DNA of 64,000 nucleotides. It comes from Patescibacteria group bacterium. Its GTDB lineage: Bacteria; Patescibacteriota; CPR2; UBA1875; CAIMLA01. The stretch lies in assembly GCA_041738615.1 (NCBI GenBank), contig JBGSPL010000004.1:1203-65202 (forward strand). The letters run 5' to 3'. The notes beneath the pieces are model-generated. The model worked only from the letters and a program-made list of their open reading frames with translations, did not search any database and was not told the origin of the DNA. Shown here one piece after another: positions 19,768 through 29,722 of this stretch (the first letter of the stretch is position 1; every line of letters starts with the position of its first letter). Made by a program: the position numbers and the translations under genes.

Positions 19768-21093
19768 TTAGTTTAGTTGAACAGAAACAACCGAAACAAT
19801 GTTTGCAACGGCGCTCTCAGCTGCCTCTTTCGTTGCTGCTTCGGCCATGACACGGACTAAGGGCTCTGTTCCGGATGATCGTACTAGTACGCGGCCCAGA
19901 CCAGCCAGCGTCGCTGTTTCTTGCTTGATCGCATCTTGAACGGAGGCATTCATAGCAAGCTCCGATTTCTTGGTGGCGGGTACATTTATAAGAACTTGTG
20001 GATATTTGCACATCACTTTGGCGAGCTCACTCATTGTATTACCGCTTTCTTTGAGCGCAGCGGCAAGCTGGAGGGCGGTGACTAGCCCATCACCAGTAGT
20101 GTTGTGTTCGAGAAAGACAATGTGCCCAGATTGTTCGCCTCCGAAAGTGGCTCCTGTTTCTCTCATCTGCTCTAGTACGTAACGGTCACCAACATCTGTT
20201 TTTACCAAGTGTATACCTAGTTCTTCCATCGCCTTGTCGAGTCCCATGTTTGCCATAACGGTAGTAACAACTGTATTGTTCGCCAGTTTCCCCTGTGTTT
20301 TTAGGTGCCCTGCGCAGATTGCCATGATGTAGTCACCATCGATGGCTTCTCCATTTTCATCCACCGCAAGCACCCGGTCTGCGTCCCCGTCGTGTGCAAA
20401 ACCGAAGTCAGCGTGGGTATTAAGTACCAGCTCAGAAATAGGCCCTAGATTAGTCGAGCCGCAAGCCACGTTGATGTCGTCTCCAGCGTAACTATCGTTG
20501 ATAACGTGTACTTGGACCCCCAGGGCCCTAAAAGCCTCTGGAGTAGCTCTATATGCTGCGCCATGGCCACAATCTATCGCGACTGTAAGGCCAGAAAGTT
20601 CACCCGCGACTGTTGAGACGGCGTGAGTGATGTATCGGTCAGTCGCATCAGCCATATGAGAAGCTGCACGTGAGGTAGTGGGAATGCTGTCTGAATCTAG
20701 ATCTAGGACGTATTTCTCGATTTCTGATTCCTCTGCGTCCGAGAGTTTACCGCCAGCCGCATTGAATAGCTTGATGCCGTTATACTCTGGTGGGTTGTGC
20801 GAAGCGGAGATAACGATACCGCCAGTAGCCCCGGTTTCCTTTATCAGGAAAGCCACCGCGGGAGTCGGAATTACCCCGCAAATTACCGCTTCTACCCCCT
20901 CGCTGTGTAGGCCGGAAATGACTGCATTTTCCAGGTCTTCGCCGCTTCCTCTGGTGTCGCGTCCGATAACGACAGTTCCCTTACCCTTAGCAAGGAATTT
21001 GGCTGCCGCTGCCCCAAGCTTAGTCGTTAGCTCTAGTGTGAGCTCTTCGTAAGCAACACCACGAACGCCGTCTGTACCAAAAAGCTTACCCAT
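19768..21093 (-). CDS. glmM: Phosphoglucosamine mutase GlmM
   Basis: MGKLFGTDGVRG and the active-site loop SASHNPPEYNGIK are GlmM signatures. The start is trimmed to MGKLFG; that ATG overlaps the stop of the upstream Nudix gene (ATGGGTAA). Confidence 0.85.
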   Translation of the reverse strand: MGKLFGTDGVRGVAYEELTLELTTKLGAAAAKFLAKGKGTVVIGRDTRGSGEDLENAVISGLHSEGVEAVICGVIPTPAVAFLIKETGATGGIVISASHNPPEYNGIKLFNAAGGKLSDAEESEIEKYVLDLDSDSIPTTSRAASHMADATDRYITHAVSTVAGELSGLTVAIDCGHGAAYRATPEAFRALGVQVHVINDSYAGDDINVACGSTNLGPISELVLNTHADFGFAHDGDADRVLAVDENGEAIDGDYIMAICAGHLKTQGKLANNTVVTTVMANMGLDKAMEELGIHLVKTDVGDRYVLEQMRETGATFGGEQSGHIVFLEHNTTGDGLVTALQLAAALKESGNTMSELAKVMCKYPQVLINVPATKKSELAMNASVQDAIKQETATLAGLGRVLVRSSGTEPLVRVMAEAATKEAAESAVANIVSVVSVQLN

Positions 21094-21598
21094 GTTTCTT
21101 TTCCAAAAGTTCACGCGCTTTTTCAATGAAGAGCAGGTCTCTCTCGTGAATAAAGATGCTTCGTGGCCCAGTGGGGTGTTCATTCTCGATGGTATTTACG
21201 GCTTTTTCGAGCGGCATCCACTCGAGCGAGAAGTCCTCGGCGATTTCCTTATCTGAAAATTCTGGTCCGCAAACCTTCTTCGTAAGCTCGGCTAGGTAAC
21301 AATAGCTCAGTTGCAAAAACTCGAATTCATCGCGGTATTCAATGATGAGTCCGACTTCGTCTGTAACCTTGACTTCGCAGCCGGTCTCTTCCATTACCTC
21401 GCGTTCCAGGGCTTCCATGATAGACTCGCCCGGGTCGATGCCTCCTCCAGGCAGTTTGTGCATATGATATTTACCGACAAGAAGAAGAGCGATTTCGCCT
21501 TTGTCGTTTGTGACTACTGCTCTTGCCGCTCTTCGTATTTTGTATGATTGTCGCTTTTCTTCGTGGTTCCCGGGGTAGATTTCTTTGATTAGTTCCAT
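21086..21598 (-). CDS. NUDIX hydrolase
   Basis: It carries the Nudix box GGGIDPGESIMEALEREVMEETG. Confidence 0.8.
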   Translation of the reverse strand: MELIKEIYPGNHEEKRQSYKIRRAARAVVTNDKGEIALLLVGKYHMHKLPGGGIDPGESIMEALEREVMEETGCEVKVTDEVGLIIEYRDEFEFLQLSYCYLAELTKKVCGPEFSDKEIAEDFSLEWMPLEKAVNTIENEHPTGPRSIFIHERDLLFIEKARELLEKKHG

Positions 21599-21702
21599 AA
21601 AAATGATTATATCATGGCTATATAGTCTAAGTCTCTGTATTTTAAGGATACCTTTATGGTATATTTACCAGAAATAGCAGATAAGATATTGGAAGAGGGA
21701 CT

Positions 21703-22338
21703 TTGCAGAATCTAGATGCGTATACTTTTGACGATGGGGTGCGTTACTTGCTGGAAATTAGCGCAACACATTTAGTGGCCGACGAGAAACCATTCTTGTT
21801 GGCTGTTGGAGGTGGCGTTGGTTCGGGTAAAAGCTACTTAGCTAGTCGATTGAAAGAGTCTTTAAAAGATCAGGCGGCTCTTATCTCTCAAGATGACTAC
21901 TTCTTCGACAACGAAACCGTCAATCCAGGACGCGAGGCATTTTTCAACTGGGAAAGTCCAGAGACGCTAAATATTGAATTGCTAAACTCCCACATAAACA
22001 GCTTAATAGCAGGGGAGCCGATTGATAGACCGATATACTGTATGGAGACCAGCAGCTGTATGGGGACTACGAAGGTTTTTCCTGCCAAGATAATCATCCT
22101 AGAGGGTACTCACGTGTTGAATCCAAGGTTAATTAAGGCAGATGAGTTCAAAGTATATGTTGACGCATCGGAAAGAACTCGATTGCAAAGGAAGCTGGTC
22201 AGGGACGTGGTGGAGCGGAAAAAAGGTACTGAAGAGTTTGTGAGGGGTTATTATGAAGCGGTGATTAAAGATTCGCACAGACGCTTCGTGGAACCTACTA
22301 AGAATTTTGCCAGGGTACTTATACTTAACGAAGCCTGA
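21703..22338 (+). CDS. Uridine/cytidine kinase-like P-loop kinase (PRK/Udk family)
   Basis: VGGGVGSGKSYLASRL is the P-loop, followed by ISQDDYF. The overall pattern parallels Udk. Confidence 0.6.
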   Translation: MQNLDAYTFDDGVRYLLEISATHLVADEKPFLLAVGGGVGSGKSYLASRLKESLKDQAALISQDDYFFDNETVNPGREAFFNWESPETLNIELLNSHINSLIAGEPIDRPIYCMETSSCMGTTKVFPAKIIILEGTHVLNPRLIKADEFKVYVDASERTRLQRKLVRDVVERKKGTEEFVRGYYEAVIKDSHRRFVEPTKNFARVLILNEA

Positions 22339-22354
22339 AGATCTAATTTTCATT

Positions 22355-22395
22355 GCGCGCGTAAGAAAGTGCCCCGTTACCGGGGCACTTTCGGT
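22355..22395. terminator. Bidirectional terminator hairpin between convergent genes
   Basis: AAAGTGCCCCG-TTAC-CGGGGCACTTT is a perfect stem. Confidence 0.6.
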
Positions 22396-22422
22396 GCCTA
22401 GGGAACGGGGCGTTAGCGCTGC

Positions 22423-22932
22423 CTACTGCAGCCAGTCGATCGTGTAGGTCGTGTTGACGACGATAGCAGTATCACCAGGGCGCTTGCTCATAAGAGCTTC
22501 TGCGAGCGGGGTCTCCTGCGCGAGAACCATGATGGAAACCGGTTCTGCGTCCGGATCGGCGGCGTATTCGATCGGCTTGCCCGCCTTTCCCGGAACGATG
22601 AAGACCAGAAGGTCCCTGTCGCTGCCGGTGCTTGCCAGGACCTTCACAAGTGAGTAGCACTGCACTGTCTCGTGTGGGACCTTGTCCCACCCCTCAGGCA
22701 TGAGAGACATCTCACCGAGAGCTGCCTGGAACTTCGCGGCAGTTTCACGAGCAGCCTTCGCCATGCTCTGTTGCTGGCTCCGGTTGGTGTCGCTTGCGGA
22801 CTCCATCTTGCTGGGATAGCCTGCGGCCTCCTGTTCGAAATAGCGGACCTGATCTTCTGTTTCGGCGACAATCTCTTTGACCGCATCGAGTGCAAGGTCA
22901 AAGATCGCCTTCTTGCTGTATGCCGAAGCCAT
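22423..22932 (-). CDS. GreA/GreB C-terminal-domain-like protein, GC-rich (about 58% GC)
   Basis: The C-terminal VSIMVLAQETPLAEALMSKRPGDTAIVV resembles the GreA FKBP-like domain. A strong AGGAGGG SD precedes it. The composition is anomalous for this genome. Confidence 0.45.
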   Translation of the reverse strand: MASAYSKKAIFDLALDAVKEIVAETEDQVRYFEQEAAGYPSKMESASDTNRSQQQSMAKAARETAAKFQAALGEMSLMPEGWDKVPHETVQCYSLVKVLASTGSDRDLLVFIVPGKAGKPIEYAADPDAEPVSIMVLAQETPLAEALMSKRPGDTAIVVNTTYTIDWLQ

Positions 22933-23112
22933 TTCCGAACCCTCCTGTCGGTTTGGCGTTGACTACATGACAATCAAGAACGATACGCATTATCGCACAT
23001 CTAAAGCCTTATGTCAAGGCTTCTACTTGTTCTTTTTTGTTCCTTTGTAAAGGTTTTTCGGTAAGATTATTATTTTGTAACATATCACGGCAACCAACTG
23101 GAAAGGGGTCTC

Positions 23113-23547
23113 ATGAAAAATTTCGATCTGCCGATAAAGGCGGAAGTGATACCGTACACGAATAAGGGTGGTGACTTCAGATTTCTACTACTGAAAAGAT
23201 GTCCCGAAGATGGCAGCTTCTGGCAACCGGTTACCGGCACACTCGAATCAGATGAATCACTTGTTTCTTGTATGTCCAGGGAAATGCAAGAAGAGGCGGG
23301 GATCTCAGAGAATGATATTTTCCAAATCACGGATTTGCTCCACGTTTTCCATTGGATGAAGAAAGGCGTATATATTACCGAATATGTTTTTGGCGCCGAA
23401 CTTACTAACGAAATTGACGTAAAGCTTAGTGACGAACATACAGATTACAAGTGGTGTTCATACGAAGAAGCGCTGGCCTCTTTGGGGAAAGCGGAAAACG
23501 TGGAATGCTACAAGATCTTTATGCAGAAAATGATGGGTTTACGATGA
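23113..23547 (+). CDS. NUDIX hydrolase
   Basis: It carries the Nudix box GTLESDESLVSCMSREMQEEAGI. Confidence 0.7.
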   Translation: MKNFDLPIKAEVIPYTNKGGDFRFLLLKRCPEDGSFWQPVTGTLESDESLVSCMSREMQEEAGISENDIFQITDLLHVFHWMKKGVYITEYVFGAELTNEIDVKLSDEHTDYKWCSYEEALASLGKAENVECYKIFMQKMMGLR

Positions 23548-25055
23548 ATACAATGATCATTGGGGTCGGGTATCACGCAAGGAGGATTTATCTGCCATAT
23601 CTGATGGAAAATGAAAGTAGGGGCAGTCTGGTCTGCGGTGTAGATATATATTCTCAAAAGGAGAAAATAGCGGAGTATCTGGACACGAGAGGCTATTCGT
23701 TGCCAATGTACTACACTGACGACTTGGAGCAGAACTCGCTTAGTCTGAGCCTGGATAAAATGCTCAAGGAACTTGTTTCAGATTATCATGTCGATAGCGT
23801 CATTATTTCAACAGAGCCGCTAATGCACCACAAGTACGCCAAGTGGGCCCTGGAGAACAATCTCAATGTTCTTATGGATAAACCCGTAACCAGCGAGGAA
23901 GGGGTCTCTGCTGATCTTGTAAAATCCAGAAAGATTGTGAGCGATTTTGACGAACTTTCTGAATTGTACCTACAAAAGAAAGAGAGAGGGCTCGTAGGCG
24001 CATTTTCCTTAATGTCGCAGAGGCGATTCCATCCGGCTTATACCTTAATGAAGAAGAAGCTAAAGGAAGTATTTGAAGCTACAAACTGTCCCGTGACTTC
24101 GATTCAGATATCCCATAGTGATGGGATGTGGAGAACTCCAACAGAGATTATTGAGATGGATTATCACCCATACAATCAGGGTTACGGGAAAATCTCTCAC
24201 TCCGGGTACCATAGCTTGGATATGTTGAATTGGCTCCAGGATTTTGCTGGGACTGGCGAAAAAGCGTATGACAGGGTGGAAGTTACTAGTAATTTTGTCC
24301 GGCCTGTAGATTTTTTGTCGCAGATTACTCTTTCGGATTACCGTCGGATATTTCCAGATTTTGATAAATATAACAAATATACAGAAGACGAGTTCTGTAA
24401 GGCGACTGAGAATTATGGCGAGATAGATGCTTTTTGCTCGATAGCCTTTAAAAAGGGTGAAAAGACGCTCTGTCTCGGAAGCTTGAATGCGATGCACAAC
24501 GGTTTTTCGCAACGAGGTTGGTTGGATTCTGAGGGCAGAGATCTCTATAAAGGAAATGGTAGAATACGCCAGGAATCATATTTTATCGAACAGGGGCCGT
24601 TTCAATCGATTTCATTTATATCTTACCAGTCCAAAGAAATTAATCCCGATAATAACCAGAGTGTCTATGCGTTTGGGGGTGAAAGGCATTTAGATATACA
24701 TGTATTCCGCAATAACGGAATCTATCCTCAGTGGAAGACCCATGAGGTTTTTAGTATCAAAGATATCTCGCAGGAATTTATGACAGGATATTCAAGAGGT
24801 CATCAGGAAGACGCTAGAATTGCTTGTATTGTAGACTTCTACGAATCCATCTCGGCGGGGCGCGATACACAATCTGATCTGCTAGATCATCATAAGGGCA
24901 CCTATCTATTGTCGGCTATTTACGAGTCTGAGATACTGAAACGGAGTGGAGGTAACCCAATGGTACAGGTAAATATCGCCGATAAAAAGGCTCAAGAAGT
25001 CGACTATGTATATGAGAAAACAGAGTCAGAATTTGCGACACCTGCCTTTGCCTAG
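23544..25055 (+). CDS. Gfo/Idh/MocA-family NAD(P)-dependent oxidoreductase with long C-terminal extension
   Basis: MIIGVGYHARRIYLPYL is the Rossmann N-terminus, followed by STEPLMHHKYAKWALENNLNVLMDKPV. The start is set at the MNTMII ATG, which overlaps the upstream stop (ATGA). Confidence 0.65.
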   Translation: MNTMIIGVGYHARRIYLPYLMENESRGSLVCGVDIYSQKEKIAEYLDTRGYSLPMYYTDDLEQNSLSLSLDKMLKELVSDYHVDSVIISTEPLMHHKYAKWALENNLNVLMDKPVTSEEGVSADLVKSRKIVSDFDELSELYLQKKERGLVGAFSLMSQRRFHPAYTLMKKKLKEVFEATNCPVTSIQISHSDGMWRTPTEIIEMDYHPYNQGYGKISHSGYHSLDMLNWLQDFAGTGEKAYDRVEVTSNFVRPVDFLSQITLSDYRRIFPDFDKYNKYTEDEFCKATENYGEIDAFCSIAFKKGEKTLCLGSLNAMHNGFSQRGWLDSEGRDLYKGNGRIRQESYFIEQGPFQSISFISYQSKEINPDNNQSVYAFGGERHLDIHVFRNNGIYPQWKTHEVFSIKDISQEFMTGYSRGHQEDARIACIVDFYESISAGRDTQSDLLDHHKGTYLLSAIYESEILKRSGGNPMVQVNIADKKAQEVDYVYEKTESEFATPAFA

Positions 25056-25158
25056 GCACAAAATATTCAAAGAATGTGAATAACAGGTAAATTCTTCAGA
25101 AATATTCCTTATGATACTTTTGCTTTAAGTAATAAACTCTGTCCATGCCAAGGTAATA

Positions 25159-26157
25159 ATGCTGAGGCAGCTCCTTGAAAGGGGGGAAGTAAAGGTGAAC
25201 GCAGCCAATGATTCGCTCAGGGTTCGTGTTACACCGTATTGCAACCTGAATTGTGACTTCTGTCACGAAGAAGGAGGCGATGCGTCTTGTCCGATTTCGC
25301 TCAGCCAGGTGGTGGAGATAACCAAGTTCGCACATGAGCATGGTTTCAACAAGTTCCACTTGACCGGCGGCGAACCAAGCTGTCATCCGGAGCTCGTTGG
25401 AATCGTCCGCATCATTACGGGTGCTGGATTCCCGTGTGGTATCACGACCAATGGGCAGTTTCGCTCTTCGCTCCTCGCGGAGCTGAGAGATGCCGGTGTG
25501 ACTAGCCTGAACTTCTCCATTCACACAGTAGACCCTGCCGCTTGGGCTCAGGTCCAGCAGCACTCTGATACCAGAAAGGCCGCAGCCCAGATTTCTCGGG
25601 CAATCGAGAATATGAAGCAGTCGGTCGCACTTGGAATCAGGACGAAGGTCAACATCGTGGTTGGTGAAGACGCAGCACAGGCCATCGGAGTTATTGAGGC
25701 CCTGCGTGGCTCTGGAGTTGAAATCCGACTCCTTAGCTTGCTTGGTTCAAATGACTCGCTTATCAACCTCGATTACCTCCTCGGACATTACGAGGCGGAA
25801 ATCGTCGATGAGATGCGAGTTCTCGACTCCAGCCAGTACCGTTCGACGTACAACAGCACCGCTGGCGTTCTCGTGGTGAAGAACATTCACCCGCATCGCG
25901 AACTTGCAGTCTGCAAGGGCTGCAAAGAGAACTGCCTCGAAGGCTTCTACGGCGTACGTCTGATACCGATGGAGGAAGACATTCTTGTCCGCCTTTGTAT
26001 CCACCGCACCTGTGAGAACACACTGATGTCTCTTTCGGCTTTCGCCGAAGGGCCTCAGCTCAGTGCACTCAAGTCACGCGGCGGACTCAATTGCAACCAC
26101 CAGGAGGTGAGTCATGAAGGCTACAACCTCACAGGAGCACGCATTTGTAGTGCTTGA
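25159..26157 (+). CDS. Radical SAM enzyme, MoaA-like (GTP 3',8-cyclase family fold)
   Basis: CNLNCDFC is the CX3CX2C cluster motif. LTGGEPS, ITTNG and LRDAGVTSLNFSIHTVDP parallel MoaA. A C-terminal CKGC...RLIPMEEDILVRLC resembles the MoaA auxiliary-cluster CxxC-x13-C motif. The gene is GC-rich. Confidence 0.8.
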   Translation: MLRQLLERGEVKVNAANDSLRVRVTPYCNLNCDFCHEEGGDASCPISLSQVVEITKFAHEHGFNKFHLTGGEPSCHPELVGIVRIITGAGFPCGITTNGQFRSSLLAELRDAGVTSLNFSIHTVDPAAWAQVQQHSDTRKAAAQISRAIENMKQSVALGIRTKVNIVVGEDAAQAIGVIEALRGSGVEIRLLSLLGSNDSLINLDYLLGHYEAEIVDEMRVLDSSQYRSTYNSTAGVLVVKNIHPHRELAVCKGCKENCLEGFYGVRLIPMEEDILVRLCIHRTCENTLMSLSAFAEGPQLSALKSRGGLNCNHQEVSHEGYNLTGARICSA

Positions 26158-26674
26158 GGGCATCGACATTCGAGGCAAGACAACAGTCAGTCGGGAGCTC
26201 GCAGAGGTCATTGGCGCAACTTTGGTCAAGACCCCTGTATCGCCGGTGGCCGAGTTCCGCAAGGTTTACGACTGCTGTGAGAACTACGACGCACGGTACC
26301 TGTACTACATGAGCTCCTTGGTTCTGGCCTCGGTCGAAATCACTGAGCTTCTGAAGTCTGGTCCCGTAGTCTGCGACAGGTGGCTGCATTCGGCCGTTCT
26401 CTATCACAAGGCTCTCGGTGTTGACACCTCTATGGTGAACATCGAAAGGCTCCACCTTGCCGTTCCGTCGCTCACGGTCTGTCTGGTCTGCGACGCATCG
26501 GTTGCAGCAGAGAGATTTCGCCAGCGTGGCGAAAACAAGGACGACAACATCGAGGACAACAAAGGTTTGCTGGCCACCGTCGACCGCTTGATGCAAGAAT
26601 CCATCCTCGCACAGGTCGACACGAGCTTCACGACGGCAAGTGAAGCGGCGCTGCAAATCGCAGCGATGCTCTAG
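26114..26674 (+). CDS. Thymidylate-kinase-family P-loop kinase (paralog 1)
   Basis: VVLEGIDIRGKTT is the P-loop, CDRW is a DRY-like motif, and the Arg-rich LID reads RFRQRGENKDD. A strong AGGAGG SD precedes it. It overlaps the 3' end of the radical SAM gene by 44 nt. Confidence 0.65.
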   Translation: MKATTSQEHAFVVLEGIDIRGKTTVSRELAEVIGATLVKTPVSPVAEFRKVYDCCENYDARYLYYMSSLVLASVEITELLKSGPVVCDRWLHSAVLYHKALGVDTSMVNIERLHLAVPSLTVCLVCDASVAAERFRQRGENKDDNIEDNKGLLATVDRLMQESILAQVDTSFTTASEAALQIAAML

Positions 26675-26716
26675 GGCTCTATCCGGAGAAGGACTCCGGC
26701 TGGAGCCCTTCTTCTT
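26674..26716 (+). terminator. Conserved two-tier hairpin + T-run downstream of the kinase (copy 1)
   Basis: GGGCUCU-AUCCGGAG-AAGG-ACUCCGGCU-GGAGCCC-UUCUUCUU is repeated with compensatory changes after kinase paralog 2. Confidence 0.6.
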
Positions 26717-26754
26717 AAATTTACAAAAGCCCTAATTTATGGTAACTTTTCAAT

Positions 26755-27267
26755 ATGAATTCAGAAATAGAAAAAAAGTATAAGATTAATACCTACGAAA
26801 AGGCAAAAGAAGAGATTATTGCTTTGGGGGCAAGTCATCTTTCGACCACCACTGACGTAGATGTATATTTTCTGGTTCCCCAGGCAATCCCAAACACACG
26901 TTATCTTCGTGTTAGAACAAAGGGCGGTAAGAATACTTTGGCTTATCACGAAGTAGTTGACGATCTAGAAACTAAGGAATGGGAAGTTGATGTTTCAGAC
27001 GCTGATGTAACCCATGATATCGTCGAAAAACTTGGTTTTGCTGAAGAGGTTGTGGTCAAGAAAACACGTGAGACTTATACCCTTGGAGATAGCGAAATAC
27101 TTGTCGATTGTATAGATGGCTTAGGGCACTTCGTAGAAATCGAGTCACCTGATGTAGTTTCTCTGGATAAAATTGCGGGAAAAATAACTCTTGGGGACCA
27201 GATTGTTGGCAAGGGGTATCCAGACTTAGTAAAAGAAAAGAGTGCGCATGAGACAGCCGTTAAATAG
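26755..27267 (+). CDS. CYTH-domain protein (triphosphate tunnel metalloenzyme / class IV adenylyl cyclase-like)
   Basis: The N-terminal EIEKKYKI (ExExK) and the later FVEIE acidic strand are CYTH hallmarks. The gene is AT-rich. Confidence 0.55.
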   Translation: MNSEIEKKYKINTYEKAKEEIIALGASHLSTTTDVDVYFLVPQAIPNTRYLRVRTKGGKNTLAYHEVVDDLETKEWEVDVSDADVTHDIVEKLGFAEEVVVKKTRETYTLGDSEILVDCIDGLGHFVEIESPDVVSLDKIAGKITLGDQIVGKGYPDLVKEKSAHETAVK

Positions 27268-28966
27268 TGACGTCCTAAGAGCAAAGAATAAGACTCTATA
27301 TCGGAGTTTTTTTTCTAATTACGACTTCGTTGTGTCGTCACCAGGAGGAGCTATTCTGGCCGGAACTTTTACGGATCATGTCGGGGGCCCTGGATTGCAC
27401 CAAAAAGTTCCTCTAAGAAACTACCTCGGTGTAAAGATAATCGAGAAGAACGATATCATCTTTGAAAACTACGGAACTTATGATTATTTTACTAATTCCT
27501 TTATTATTTTAGATGTAAAAAAAGAGAATATCGGCAAGTTGAGGCTTTTGAGGGAAATGATTTCGCTGAAGCTGGGGAGAGAGATAGGCCTTAGCGTCGG
27601 GATTCTGAATGAAATTCCAAGAAGGACCGGTCTAAATAACCCAGGCACAAATGCTGCCAATCTTACGGCTGCATATTTGTTACTCACAGAGCAAATCACA
27701 GCAAGGGATCTGGATGACTTTCAGAATCTGACAGTAGATTTTGATTCGAAAAAGCGGAATCTGATCAAAGCCACAGCGAAAAAATTCCATTCGGTTTGGC
27801 TCAATAGGAAGAGTGCTGGATTCGGAGTCCTATCTAGCTTAGTCAATCGATCAGACATTCTGGTTTATAACCCTGCTGCCGATTACCCTGTAGTTCCGAT
27901 AGCTGAAATATTTTCTCAAGAGAGCTTTCAAGAACTGCCTTTCGATGTAGTAATAATCGGCACCTCGGATAGATATGACATAGACTTTTCACTGCGAAAA
28001 TACGATGAAGTCGGTAATATCTTTTCGATTACTAATGAGGATGTAACCAAGTTTGATAAAGGATTCGGCCTTGATGAACCTGAGATTGATGACTTCCCAG
28101 CAGCGCTTTGTAAAAGTTATTTTGACGTTGCCAGTACAACGGGACTTGCCACAGTAATAGCGGTGGGCAAGTTTATCAAGGACCCGAGCATAGAAAATCA
28201 GAGAATTTGTTTGCAGTTGTTTAACAGTTCATACGACATGATCAATCTTTTCGGGCAGAATTTTTCTCGCAAAAATAAGGTGCATTCATTTGTGAAGAAA
28301 TACTATTACGAGGTTCTTTCCGATATGCCGTTTGCAATCACTACTGGTATTACGAACAACCTCGCATTAGTCACACCAAAGGAGTCCTCGAGGCAAGACC
28401 TCTCAGCACTCGTGGGCTATCTAGAGAGAAAGCTAGGTTTTGATATCTCCTATCCATATATTTCATGGATAGACGACTCGGACAACAAGGGAGCGGTTGT
28501 GGAGAAATGGGATGATCAGGGGATCCAAGCTGCTTACATCCAAAGGAATTGCCTGAACCTTTACAGTGTTCATACTATGGACGTGATACCTATGGTTACG
28601 GCCATAGACAACCGGGAGGGTCTCGAAAAAACATACGACATCCTTTTTGACGAAGACGATAAAAAGATATTCATCAACGGGAAGAAAGTAACATCGAAGG
28701 AATTACCAACAGTGGCGGCGACACTCAGTCTGTTTAATCTGCTAACTCAGACTGAGGACTTTGAGATATCGTCAGAAAAGTTGCCGGACCAATCATATTT
28801 CCAAGACAGAAACGAGCTCCAGAGTAAAATCGTAAGCCCGCTAAGAATTTATGTAGAAAAAGAACTAAACAAACACATCAACTTGAAGATAAGCGGAACG
28901 CTTTCTGAATATAAAGTGACACTATTTCCTTCTGATATTTCAGTCGGAGTTATCAGACGTTGCTAG
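27242..28966 (+). CDS. Large GHMP-kinase-like protein (N-terminal GHMP-like domain with degenerate P-loop + unknown C-terminal half)
   Basis: SSPGGAILAGTFTDHVGGPG resembles GHMP motif 1 (PGRVNLIGEHTDY). GLNNPGTNAANLTAAY is a degenerate version of motif 2, and KSAGFGVLSSLV of motif 3. The protein is 574 aa and overlaps the CYTH gene. Confidence 0.35.
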   Translation: MRMRQPLNSDVLRAKNKTLYRSFFSNYDFVVSSPGGAILAGTFTDHVGGPGLHQKVPLRNYLGVKIIEKNDIIFENYGTYDYFTNSFIILDVKKENIGKLRLLREMISLKLGREIGLSVGILNEIPRRTGLNNPGTNAANLTAAYLLLTEQITARDLDDFQNLTVDFDSKKRNLIKATAKKFHSVWLNRKSAGFGVLSSLVNRSDILVYNPAADYPVVPIAEIFSQESFQELPFDVVIIGTSDRYDIDFSLRKYDEVGNIFSITNEDVTKFDKGFGLDEPEIDDFPAALCKSYFDVASTTGLATVIAVGKFIKDPSIENQRICLQLFNSSYDMINLFGQNFSRKNKVHSFVKKYYYEVLSDMPFAITTGITNNLALVTPKESSRQDLSALVGYLERKLGFDISYPYISWIDDSDNKGAVVEKWDDQGIQAAYIQRNCLNLYSVHTMDVIPMVTAIDNREGLEKTYDILFDEDDKKIFINGKKVTSKELPTVAATLSLFNLLTQTEDFEISSEKLPDQSYFQDRNELQSKIVSPLRIYVEKELNKHINLKISGTLSEYKVTLFPSDISVGVIRRC

Positions 28967-28993
28967 CCCCATAACAGGCTTATCCGTAATAGA

Positions 28994-29020
28994 AAAGAAG
29001 GCTTCGAAGCCTTCTTTTCT
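28994..29020 (+). terminator. Rho-independent terminator after the CYTH/GHMP-like unit
   Basis: GAAGGCTTC-GAAGCCTTC is a perfect palindrome followed by TTTTCT. Confidence 0.65.
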
Positions 29021-29167
29021 ATTCAGTTATATTCCTTACTAAAGGCAATAATTAAACATTAACATTACGATAAGCAGAAGCAATCCGGCCAATGCTGTTC
29101 CTTGAAAGGGATTTCAGGTAATCGGTGCGATAAACACGATACCACGACCATCAACTGGAGGTGCGAA

Positions 29168-29722
29168 ATGTACGAGAACACATTGTTTCCGTTCGTAGTA
29201 CTCGAGTCGATTGATGGTTGTGGAAAGACTTCCATCAGCCATAATCTTGCAAGCATCTTGGGGGCCACTCTGGTAAAGTCTCCAGTAGAGCCCCTCGATG
29301 CCTTTCGTAAGGTCTACGATGACTGTGGCAACTACACGGCACGGTATTTGTACTACCTGAGCACTCAGGTTGTTTCATCAGCGCGTATTGCAGAGCTGCG
29401 AAAGAGCGGCCCTGTAGTATGTGACCGTTACCTGCCATCGACTGTACTATATCACCGGGCATTCGGTGTCGACACCTCGGTGGTTGATACCGATAAGCTC
29501 GGGCTCGAAATCCCTTCACTTATGGTCTGCCTTACCTGCCGTGAGGATATCCGTTGGGAACGGATTTGTTCTCGGGGCGAGGATAAGGATGACCATATCG
29601 AGGACAACCTGGCCCTGCTTGCAAAAGTAGATAAGATGATGAGGCTCGAAATCCCTCTTCACGTCGACACAAGCTTTACAACACCTCGCGAGGCTGCGTT
29701 GCAGATTGCTGCCATGCTCTAG
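29168..29722 (+). CDS. Thymidylate-kinase-family P-loop kinase (paralog 2, about 60% identical to paralog 1)
   Basis: It has VVLESIDGCGKTS, CDRY, an LID ending RGEDKDDHIED, and the same C-terminal EAALQIAAML as paralog 1. The start is trimmed to MYENT, which has a GGAGGTG SD. Confidence 0.65.
   Translation: MYENTLFPFVVLESIDGCGKTSISHNLASILGATLVKSPVEPLDAFRKVYDDCGNYTARYLYYLSTQVVSSARIAELRKSGPVVCDRYLPSTVLYHRAFGVDTSVVDTDKLGLEIPSLMVCLTCREDIRWERICSRGEDKDDHIEDNLALLAKVDKMMRLEIPLHVDTSFTTPREAALQIAAML

Noticed and set aside
23451-23543. Upstream extension of the oxidoreductase ORF
   Set aside because: It overlaps the preceding Nudix gene by about 95 nt. The conserved Rossmann N-terminus begins at the MNTMII ATG, which overlaps the Nudix stop (ATGA).
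25096-25563. 155-aa minus-strand ORF overlapping the radical SAM gene
   Set aside because: It is antisense to a gene with clear radical SAM motifs. The GC-rich composition generates long spurious antisense frames. The same applies to 25548-26023, 26074-26656 and 26404-26631.
29102-29167. Upstream extension of kinase paralog 2 (MKGISGNRCDKHDTTTINWRCE)
   Set aside because: The GGAGGTG SD sits 4 nt before the internal MYENT ATG. That start aligns with the N-terminus of paralog 1.
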